Assembly: GCF_004365815.1 (NCBI RefSeq)
Contig: NZ_SODD01000024.1
Location: 2,185 to 34,184, forward strand
Source of the DNA: Breznakia blatticola
GTDB taxonomy: Bacteria > Bacillota_I > Bacilli_A > Erysipelotrichales > Erysipelotrichaceae
DNA: 32,000 nucleotides
Direction of reading: 5' to 3'
A program made the translations under genes and the position numbers. Below the pieces are notes generated by a model, which saw only the letters and a program-made list of their open reading frames with translations, ran no database searches and was not told the origin of the DNA. Shown in pieces: positions 24,505 through 32,000 of this stretch. Numbering within the stretch: position 1 is the stretch's first letter; the number at the start of each line of letters is the position of its first letter.

Positions 24505-25791
24505 TTACACTCCCATCATTTTAAATAATGGTAATAATAACCAAGCATATAATAATGCAGCTGCTACAGTATCAACATCAGTTGCTGTTGCATTAATAAA
24601 TCCTAATCCATTGAAGATACCAACAAGTAATGCAGGTAATAATGTAATGAAGAAACCATGACAAATTCCTGAGATAATTGCTCCTCTACGTCCTCCTGTT
24701 GCATTTCCAAAGATACCAGCTGTTCCTCCGGCAAAGAAGTTTGTTAACATACCTGGTAAAATCATTGGTAAACTAAATACTGGTAAGACAAACATTGCAA
24801 CGACACTACCAATTGTTGTTGAAACAAATCCAACGATTACTGCATTTGGTGCGTATGGGAATAATACTGGACAATCAAGAGCAGGAATTGCATTTGGCAC
24901 AACTTTCATTGCAATACCTCTAAATGCAGGTACGATTTCTCCAAGAAGTAAACGAACCCCAGATAACAATACATATACACCAACTACAAATTGAATTGCT
25001 TGTAAGAATGCATGCATTAAGTAGTTTGTACTTCCTGCAAATTGAGCACAGAATTCTGGTCCAGCAAATGCTGCAGTAATAACGAACATTGGAACCATAA
25101 CTACCATTACTGATAAGTATGTATCTTGTAAGAATTCAAATCCTTTTGGTAATTTTAAATCTTCTGTAGATTTACTTGGATCTCCAACAAGTTTTGATAC
25201 ACCTGCAGTAAACATATATCCAATTGTACAAAAGTGACCTAAGGCAATATCATTACTGCCGGTAATCTTTCGAATAATAGGTTGGGCAATTGCTGGCATT
25301 GCTACTGCGAAAATTCCACCAATAATACCACCAACTAAAATTAATGGGAATCCTCTTAATCCTGCAAAGTAACCAAATACTGTACACATTGTAGCCATCC
25401 AAAGGATCGCTTGTCCTGTTAAGAAGATGTATTTCCATTTTGTGAATCTTGCGATTAAAATATTACAAATAAAGATAGCTAAGAATGTTAAGGCAATTTG
25501 ACTTCCTAAACCTAAATCATTCATTGCTTGTCCATTAATTGATTCTATAGAAGGGATAATACCTTCCATTCCAAATCCTTCAGTAAATATTTGACCAAAG
25601 TATGTTAACGCTTGAACAATAATACTTGAACCAGCCGATAATACTTGGAACCCTAATAATGTTTTTAATGTACCAGAGATAACATTACCTACTGGTTTTT
25701 TCTGTAAGATTAATCCTGCCATCGCAATTAATGCAATCGTAATTGCTGCTTGTGTCAGAATATTGTTAATAATAAAATTTACTACTTCCAT
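24505..25791 (-). CDS. PTS ascorbate-family (UlaA/SgaT-like) IIC permease
   Basis: 428 aa polytopic protein. The N-terminus (...NNILTQAAITIALIAMAGLILQKKP...SGTLKTLLGFQVLSAGS) is characteristic of the SgaT/UlaA family. Confidence 0.8.
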   Translation of the reverse strand: MEVVNFIINNILTQAAITIALIAMAGLILQKKPVGNVISGTLKTLLGFQVLSAGSSIIVQALTYFGQIFTEGFGMEGIIPSIESINGQAMNDLGLGSQIALTFLAIFICNILIARFTKWKYIFLTGQAILWMATMCTVFGYFAGLRGFPLILVGGIIGGIFAVAMPAIAQPIIRKITGSNDIALGHFCTIGYMFTAGVSKLVGDPSKSTEDLKLPKGFEFLQDTYLSVMVVMVPMFVITAAFAGPEFCAQFAGSTNYLMHAFLQAIQFVVGVYVLLSGVRLLLGEIVPAFRGIAMKVVPNAIPALDCPVLFPYAPNAVIVGFVSTTIGSVVAMFVLPVFSLPMILPGMLTNFFAGGTAGIFGNATGGRRGAIISGICHGFFITLLPALLVGIFNGLGFINATATDVDTVAAALLYAWLLLPLFKMMGV

Positions 25792-25803
25792 TTTCTTCTC
25801 CTT

Positions 25804-26109
25804 CTATAAAACGCCTTTTGCTTTTAAAACAGGTGTTAGCTTTTCTTCAATTTCTTTTTTGCTAACGATGTTTTTCAAATAAATCATAGTTGTTTTAGAT
25901 TCATCAATCGTATAATTTGCAAACTGTGATCTAAAGTTCTCTGCTGTCATAATAATGTCTGGATTATATGATAATGCACTTGAAATATCACTGTGATCCA
26001 AATCAACTTGTACACCTAAACTGTTGATGACATCTTCTGTGGTCATTTGACAAGCAAAACTACTACCTAATCCAGCCCCACAGACCATTAAGATTTTTAA
26101 ATTCGCCAT
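25804..26109 (-). CDS. PTS IIB component (UlaB/lactose-type, Cys phosphorylation site)
   Basis: KILMVCGAGLGSSFA motif, 101 aa. AAGGAG RBS. Confidence 0.85.
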   Translation of the reverse strand: MANLKILMVCGAGLGSSFACQMTTEDVINSLGVQVDLDHSDISSALSYNPDIIMTAENFRSQFANYTIDESKTTMIYLKNIVSKKEIEEKLTPVLKAKGVL

Positions 26110-26136
26110 AACTTCTCCTTTCTGTTTCCCTCGAAA

Positions 26137-28239
26137 CTAATTTTTCTCAAATTCAAACAAGACTTTTTTAAACTCTTCTTTGTCTTTTATTGACACTAAT
26201 TCTTCTATCTTCTTTTCTTCATTTATTAGTTTTACAATTGTTGCCATCATTTTAAGATGTGCATTGTCATCAATTGCAGCTAAACAAAATACCAACTTAA
26301 CGGGATCGTGATCCTCGTGATTAAATGCTATTGGTGGATCTAAGGTTACTAAACTTATACCAAGTTCATTAACTCCCTCTTCTGGTCTAGCATGTGCTAA
26401 AGCGACGCCCTCACTAATTACAATATAGGGGCCAAACTTATTAACGCTTTCTATCATTGCATCTACATAACACGGTTCAATAACCTTGTCCTTTAGTAGA
26501 GGATTTGCAACTTGCACAATAACATCTTGCCAATCTTTTGCTTTCACATTTAACTGAATATACTCATCTTTTAATACATCACTAATCATTGGTTGATATC
26601 CTTTCTTCTTAAAATGAATTTCATGTTTTTCTAATACATTACCGATTTTTTCTGTAAGTAATGTTTTATTTAATCTTTCGTTATCTTTAAATATGCACTC
26701 GATAATATCTTCTAGTACATCATGTTTTTCTATCTTCTTTGGAAAACTATGGAAATGTTGCTTGTTAAGGGCAATAAATGCTTCAATCTTTTCCTTATCC
26801 ACTTGGTGTAACATTGGATTAATTTGCAAAGACGGAAGTGTATCAACTTCAACATTTGTAGTTTTCAATATAAAGTCTGCATTCATTCTCCTTGTTGCTT
26901 GTGCTTCATATGATCCAACAATTCCAATAACATCAAATTGATAAATACGCTTTACTCTTTGAGCAAGTAATTCTCCTGTTGCTAATCCATGTCCGCACAT
27001 AATAATTACTCGATATTTTTCTGATTGCATTGATTTCAGTTTTTCTTCACTTGCACCAAAATGAATGCACAAATAAGCAATTTCACTTTCTGATATATTG
27101 CGATTCTTAAATACAGGTAATTCATCTAATGATGCTTGAATATCTTCATATATTGATTGATATTCTTGTTTAACCATGTTTTTTAATGGATTATATATCT
27201 CTATATTTTCATCAATTCTTTTCAACAAAGCAGCAAAGTGCTGTACTAAATTCTCAAATAAATTTGTATCTCTTTCGTAAGCAACACTTCTTTTTATTGA
27301 CATACTTTCAATTAACTCAATCATGAACATTTGTATCTTTACCCATTCTCTAGGTAATGTTTGCTTACGTTGAATATTCAAACTATCAACCATAAAATCT
27401 AAATAATTTCTCTCATCACCAGGAACATTATTTATATTGAATATAGACAAAAATCGATCAACAATAAGTTCAGTATGCTCAGCACGATATTTCTTAATAA
27501 ACCTATCATCTTCCCTTATAGAATTTTGATTGAAATATCTTGCTTTCCAAACACAGAAATATATCGACAACTGTAGAAAATACAATTCATTGTTTAATGA
27601 TTCCTCAGAAAATGTTTTTCTCAAATCATGATAGATTGTGATTAAATCAGCTTGATTCAAGAAATTTAGAATTGAGGTAAACTTATCATTACTCAGTCGC
27701 TCTAAATCCTCATTAATTAATTCTTGAATATCAATTTGGGTATTAATAATATTATTTACTAATAATCGAATGTAACCTTCACTTCCTGTAAGTGACAATC
27801 CTTCTTTATTATTACTAACAATGTCAATTCCAAATTCTTTACACCAACCACGTATACTTTTCATACTTTGGTCTATTGCCGACTTACTTACACCAAACAA
27901 TTCCTGAAAATCCTGAGCTAGTATCTTATTTGAATTATCTAGAATATTAAAGAACATAATTACTTCTCGATCACTTTTGTTTTGATAAGGATCATCTTTT
28001 AAATATATATACTCTAAGATTCTCTTTTTCTCTTCTTCATCAACATTCAATAAAACACCTTTTCCACGTATTTTCTCAATCTGAGAAGCACCAATACTTT
28101 CTAGTAATACATTTGCATCTTCTATTGCATACCGGACCAATCTATCTGATATACCATATGAAACAGCTAATTCGTTATAGGCATAAATTTTCTTTTCATT
28201 CAGCAACAAATTAATTACATCAATTTCTCTACTCCGCAT
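26137..28239 (-). CDS. PRD-containing PTS-controlled transcriptional activator (MtlR/LicR/BglG-family: HTH, PRDs, EIIB-like, EIIA-2-like)
   Basis: 700 aa. N-terminal HTH region. PRD-type segment IAYLCIHFG. EIIB(Gat)-like YRVIIMCGHGLATGE. C-terminal EIIA-2 domain with GVALAHARPEEG. Confidence 0.8.
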   Translation of the reverse strand: MRSREIDVINLLLNEKKIYAYNELAVSYGISDRLVRYAIEDANVLLESIGASQIEKIRGKGVLLNVDEEEKKRILEYIYLKDDPYQNKSDREVIMFFNILDNSNKILAQDFQELFGVSKSAIDQSMKSIRGWCKEFGIDIVSNNKEGLSLTGSEGYIRLLVNNIINTQIDIQELINEDLERLSNDKFTSILNFLNQADLITIYHDLRKTFSEESLNNELYFLQLSIYFCVWKARYFNQNSIREDDRFIKKYRAEHTELIVDRFLSIFNINNVPGDERNYLDFMVDSLNIQRKQTLPREWVKIQMFMIELIESMSIKRSVAYERDTNLFENLVQHFAALLKRIDENIEIYNPLKNMVKQEYQSIYEDIQASLDELPVFKNRNISESEIAYLCIHFGASEEKLKSMQSEKYRVIIMCGHGLATGELLAQRVKRIYQFDVIGIVGSYEAQATRRMNADFILKTTNVEVDTLPSLQINPMLHQVDKEKIEAFIALNKQHFHSFPKKIEKHDVLEDIIECIFKDNERLNKTLLTEKIGNVLEKHEIHFKKKGYQPMISDVLKDEYIQLNVKAKDWQDVIVQVANPLLKDKVIEPCYVDAMIESVNKFGPYIVISEGVALAHARPEEGVNELGISLVTLDPPIAFNHEDHDPVKLVFCLAAIDDNAHLKMMATIVKLINEEKKIEELVSIKDKEEFKKVLFEFEKN

Positions 28240-28325
28240 TGGGTCACCTCATACTTTCATTATATTTTTTACTGTCCATTAAAAAAGTAGAACATCTTTC
28301 CAAAAACTTTTGAAATTTTCTACAT

Positions 28326-28361
28326 AACACAAAATGGACTTGAAATTTCTTTCAAGTCCAT
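28326..28361 (-). terminator. rho-independent terminator of the deaminase operon
   Basis: Perfect 12-bp stem atggacttgaaa (28334-28345) / tttcaagtccat (28350-28361) with a 4-nt loop. On the minus strand it is followed by ttttgtgtt. It lies 160 nt after the stop at 28522. Confidence 0.75.
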
Positions 28362-28521
28362 TATCGTTTATATTTGGCTTTATTGTAATAAAGTTAGCAT
28401 TATTAAGGAATTTGTATAACTTTCGTTTTCATAAAACATTTTATACTACCTCTATAATTCAAATGCTAATCCAAGATATATTAAAATCCACAAGTTTTGT
28501 ATCATTTTGTTTTCATTGTCT

Positions 28522-30741
28522 TTACGAAATAAATGTTGTTTCATTAGATAGTACTGCTAAATATTTTATATAATCAAATACATCTTCAACATCTACTCCA
28601 TTTTTTATCAAAGATAATGCTATCAATGAATACTCATTATACAAATCTGTTCCAAATATTGCACTATCATCTGTATTTATAGTAGTTTGAATATGATGCT
28701 TCGTTCCATCTTCTATATATTTTGAATTAAATTTAAATAATGGTAAATTAATATATTTTTTTACTGAAGATATCTTCTTATTTGATGATGGATTAGTTTC
28801 AATAACTATTCTTTTATTATATATTTTTTCCTTAATAATACCTTGAACATTTTTCACTGCTGTCATATATTGTTCTGTTGCAGTTATGCATAACTTTTCA
28901 TCACCCTTTTTTTGTTGTTTATAAGAGAGATATTTCTTATATAAATATTTAGCATTTTTATTCTTATTTGCTTGTTTCCATCTTGGATTATCATAATTTT
29001 TATCTGTTTTTGTACGATTCACTTCTTTAGTATCTATACTATTAGGATCATCACTACGTAAACTCATGCTATCTATATAGTTAGTCAGTTGTACAGTTTC
29101 TCCAAGTAATTCATATGAAAATCTATCAAACTCAGCTAATAGCTCTGCATAGATTGAATCCGTATTGCTTATATAGCTAAGTAGCCATGCTAAATCATCC
29201 ACATGTTTTTGTAAAGTTGTAATAATATAGTTTCTCTTAATCTTAAAATATTCGATGACATCAATACCTAAAGCAATTGCGTGACCTAGCCTATCTCCAG
29301 ACTTAAGATTAATAAATTCAATGCACTCATCAATAGCACGTATTCCACTAGCTAATGATGCAAACTCTTCCCCAACGTGATATGTTATTCCTAAATTATA
29401 ATATTTCCCTATCATTTTTCTATGTCTTCGAAATGTTGGTCCATATACTTCCGGCGGGCAATTTAACTCAAAATTTGCAGTGTCAATTCCAACAATATGA
29501 GGTTGCTCCCTACTTTTTCTCTTACTAGAAAAATATTGATCAATTTTTTTATCTTCCTTAAGTTTTCTTCTTACTTGAAAGTTCCGTACTTCGTCTTTCT
29601 GTATTTTGTGATCTTCCTTAATATAATGAATCACTAATTTATAATCTATCTTTTTAACATTAGGATCTCTTTTTTTATAGAAACTATAAACCTTTTCATT
29701 TGCATCATCTAGTTGGTTAATCATTTCATTAATATCACTTGTCTTTTTAGGTGCTATTCTGAATTCAACTTTATGTGTAATTTTATCACAATAATATTTG
29801 TCAAAAATGCCAATATACAATTTATCCTTTTGAGAATTTGGAATAAATAATTCCTTGATGTTTTCTGAATCTTTAAATTTAGAAAATCCTATCCCATTAT
29901 TGTCTTGCACAAACATTTGCCGGCATTTGCATAAATAGGAAATATATGAATTAGCTACTTTATAGCCTTCATAACTTAATTCATCTAAACGAATCATTCT
30001 AAAAAGATAGAAAAACAATAACACTTCATTTTTATGATGGTATTGAAAATCCTCAGTAGAGATAATATTTTTTTTATCCCATAAACATATTAGACCATCA
30101 ATAATGTTTTTTCCACCGTTCATATATGAATAACTTCCATTTTCAATAACCCTTATTAAAAAATCTCTATTATCAATATACTTAGCAATTCCAAACTTCC
30201 AGTTCAATACTTCGTTATACAGGTATGCTTTTAATCCAAGAATTCTAATTTGCATCTTTTCCATGGAATCTTTCATTTCTCTATTATGGGCGATCTTTTC
30301 CAATTTTTTTGCTTTCATTTTTTTTGTCGATAATGAATGCCAATTCATTTCCCAATTGTATCCAGATCCATTTAGATGCATATGATTATCACAAACCCCA
30401 ATGTCCTTCAAACATTTTTCAATCCTTACTTCATCGTGCTTAACAATAGGTTTGCAATTACAGTCAAATCCCTCACTCTCGGATAACTTTGCGCCGAATA
30501 TTATCCTTGGATCAACTTTATTTACACACCCATCCCATTCAAATAAATTATCAAAATCAACAAGTATCTGCGAATTTCTTTCGGATAATATTTTTTTTGA
30601 TACATGTATAAACAGATGTATTGGATTAAATGATTTAACATTCAAATCGTTCTCAATTTCGTTGATAATTGAATCAGACAACATTAATACTTCCTCAATA
30701 TTATACTCCTCTGGATATAGTTCCAAATATTTTTTACCCAC
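28522..30741 (-). CDS. large divergent adenosine/AMP-deaminase-fold metallohydrolase (RADAR RdrB-like)
   Basis: A full amidohydrolase/ADA motif set: DNH120MH122LNGS, VGID420TANFE, YH455VGE458E, RLGH487AIAL, IETNPSSN, INTD691D692SAIFG. The track start is GTG 30741 (weak RBS). The alternative ATG 30684 (MLSDS) has GAGGAAG 8 nt upstream. Confidence 0.8.
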   Translation of the reverse strand: MGKKYLELYPEEYNIEEVLMLSDSIINEIENDLNVKSFNPIHLFIHVSKKILSERNSQILVDFDNLFEWDGCVNKVDPRIIFGAKLSESEGFDCNCKPIVKHDEVRIEKCLKDIGVCDNHMHLNGSGYNWEMNWHSLSTKKMKAKKLEKIAHNREMKDSMEKMQIRILGLKAYLYNEVLNWKFGIAKYIDNRDFLIRVIENGSYSYMNGGKNIIDGLICLWDKKNIISTEDFQYHHKNEVLLFFYLFRMIRLDELSYEGYKVANSYISYLCKCRQMFVQDNNGIGFSKFKDSENIKELFIPNSQKDKLYIGIFDKYYCDKITHKVEFRIAPKKTSDINEMINQLDDANEKVYSFYKKRDPNVKKIDYKLVIHYIKEDHKIQKDEVRNFQVRRKLKEDKKIDQYFSSKRKSREQPHIVGIDTANFELNCPPEVYGPTFRRHRKMIGKYYNLGITYHVGEEFASLASGIRAIDECIEFINLKSGDRLGHAIALGIDVIEYFKIKRNYIITTLQKHVDDLAWLLSYISNTDSIYAELLAEFDRFSYELLGETVQLTNYIDSMSLRSDDPNSIDTKEVNRTKTDKNYDNPRWKQANKNKNAKYLYKKYLSYKQQKKGDEKLCITATEQYMTAVKNVQGIIKEKIYNKRIVIETNPSSNKKISSVKKYINLPLFKFNSKYIEDGTKHHIQTTINTDDSAIFGTDLYNEYSLIALSLIKNGVDVEDVFDYIKYLAVLSNETTFIS

Positions 30742-30847
30742 TTCTTTTTAAGAAATTTTAGCATTCCGCTCGGTAATTTTTTGAAAGTAAATATCACTTG
30801 TAAAAAAATCTGAATCCTTATATATCACACGAAGAAAGCGATCAATA

Positions 30848-31783
30848 TTATTCATTAATAATCTCCATAATCTTTTCTTTAAATCTATCTTCCTTGGAAA
30901 GTCTTTCAATAAACTTTTTTAAGTCCTTAGTAACAGTTTTCTTAGGTGTATTAAGATGCTTTTCCCAATCTGTAAGTTCCTTTATATCATCCTTTTTTAG
31001 GTTTCCTTCATTAGCTCTTAAAAACTCAAGAATTCTTTTAGCCTTGGGCTTCTTTATACTTTCAACTCCTTTAGTGTCTACTGGAGCTAGAATATATTTC
31101 TGTACTGCTTCTAAATCATTATTTGAGAAAACATTCGCATACTTAATTTCCTCAGAATCTACAAATATGCTCTTATTATTTGTTATTGAATTTTTTTCGA
31201 TATAACTATTTATTCTTCTAAGGAAATATTCTAATTCAGATTCATTTTTGTTTGATCTTCTTTCAAATTGTAACCTGATTATTCTATCAATATCAAACAT
31301 ATTAGTAAAAACATAATATGGATCAGTATCTTCGTCAATTACTTTTGTCTTTAAAGTTTTGACTACATAATTTGACTTCCCTAAAAATGCGAAAGGATCA
31401 AGTTCATAAGTGCGCTTATCTATAAGTTCTGTTGAGTACCCGTTTTCTTCATCAAATAAACTATATAGATTATAATACTCCCTATATAGAAAATTAAAAT
31501 ACGTATCATTTGAATTTGTATCTTTATTTCCAAACAATACATTAGCTTTTCCTCCCAAAAATGGTATTTCAGTATAACAAATTTTATCAATAACTTCTTT
31601 TGATTCATCTTTAAAGTTACTTTGGTAACTATATAATTTCAAAGTATTATTATTCGATCTAATTACTCTAGGAATAATATAACCATTTAATAATCGTAAG
31701 TAGTCATCAAAGTTTCCATCATTAGAATCCTTTATTGATTTTAGATATAATTCTTGTAGAAGCAATGAGTATTTTACTTTCAT
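30848..31783 (-). CDS. hypothetical protein, 311 aa, soluble, Lys-rich helical C-terminus; first gene of the deaminase operon
   Basis: Long ORF in the same orientation, 106 nt upstream of the deaminase gene. No Walker A, no TM segments and no motif I recognise. No Shine-Dalgarno before the ATG at 31783. Confidence 0.55.
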   Translation of the reverse strand: MKVKYSLLLQELYLKSIKDSNDGNFDDYLRLLNGYIIPRVIRSNNNTLKLYSYQSNFKDESKEVIDKICYTEIPFLGGKANVLFGNKDTNSNDTYFNFLYREYYNLYSLFDEENGYSTELIDKRTYELDPFAFLGKSNYVVKTLKTKVIDEDTDPYYVFTNMFDIDRIIRLQFERRSNKNESELEYFLRRINSYIEKNSITNNKSIFVDSEEIKYANVFSNNDLEAVQKYILAPVDTKGVESIKKPKAKRILEFLRANEGNLKKDDIKELTDWEKHLNTPKKTVTKDLKKFIERLSKEDRFKEKIMEIINE

Positions 31784-32000
31784 TACATTAACAAAATATA
31801 TATACTGTAAATTATTAGCGCTGGATGCGCTTATATTTTTTAATACTTCAAGGATTTCAAATACATCTCCAATAGAGATAAATTGTGATCCTACTTTATT
31901 TATTTTGGCTTAATTCAACCGATGCGCACCTAACTTAGATTGTTACATGTATGATGATACATTGAAATGTAAGATTACCATATAAAAATAAGGAAGGTAA

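Noticed and set aside
25253-25438. Minus-strand 61-aa ORF inside the UlaA-like IIC gene, and the 62-aa ORF 31420..31608 inside the 311-aa gene.
   Set aside because: These are alternative-frame ORFs nested within longer same-strand genes. They have no RBS and their composition is typical of an off-frame translation.
28334-28573. Plus-strand ORF of 79 aa downstream of the regulator gene.
   Set aside because: Its ATG and first codons are the left arm of the perfect 12-bp terminator hairpin (28334-28361), and its end overlaps the deaminase 3' end. There is no RBS.
31826-31855. Small GC hairpin agcgc-tggat-gcgct followed by tatatttttt on the plus strand, upstream of the 311-aa gene.
   Set aside because: The stem is only 5 bp, and there is no plus-strand gene upstream for it to terminate. 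It could be incidental or a terminator for a gene outside the window, so it is not annotated.
28522-32000. Calling the deaminase locus a canonical RADAR (RdrA-RdrB) system.
   Set aside because: No large P-loop ATPase is present in the window. The upstream gene is 311 aa without a Walker A motif and is preceded by non-coding DNA. RdrA further away cannot be excluded, so the locus is reported only as RdrB-like.
1-32000. CRISPR arrays, tRNA/rRNA genes and riboswitches.
   Set aside because: There are no regularly spaced direct repeats. No GC-rich cloverleaf-type segments (for example GGTTCGAATCC-like T-arms) occur in the intergenic regions. No long structured leaders were seen. Only a visual scan was possible.

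Overview
Low-GC Firmicutes-type chromosomal segment with the standard genetic code and strong GGAGG-type ribosome binding sites. I support 31 CDS, 28 of them on the minus strand. No rRNA, tRNA or CRISPR array was seen.

nt 1-15100 is carbohydrate metabolism. It holds two mannose-family PTS loci: IIA-IIB-fused IIC/IID-SIS, and SIS-HAD-isomerase-IIA-IIB-IIC-IID-DeoC. It also holds a third, monocistronic SIS gene, two tandem GntR/HutC regulators, a GNAT and a MATE exporter. The gene content resembles fructosamine (Amadori product) utilisation loci. nt 15335-16660 encodes a secreted, membrane-anchored alpha/beta-hydrolase.

The right half alternates accessory-looking, more AT-rich modules with one sugar operon:
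(a) nt 16961-20288: a RecQ-family helicase fused to a ComF-type phosphoribosyltransferase-like domain, translationally coupled to a DprA/SLOG-like protein.
(b) nt 20289-21700: a roughly 1.4 kb non-coding scar with gene fragments, repeats and a truncated IS3-family element.
(c) nt 21718-28239: an ascorbate-family PTS operon with a PRD/EIIA regulator, class II aldolase, a P-loop kinase and a PfkB kinase.
(d) nt 28522-31783: a 739-aa adenosine-deaminase-fold protein (RdrB/RADAR-like in size and motifs) preceded by a 311-aa protein I cannot assign, with no RdrA-type ATPase in view.

Modules (a) and (d) are the best candidates for undescribed or poorly described conflict/defence systems. All family calls rest on motifs read by eye from the translations; no database search was run.
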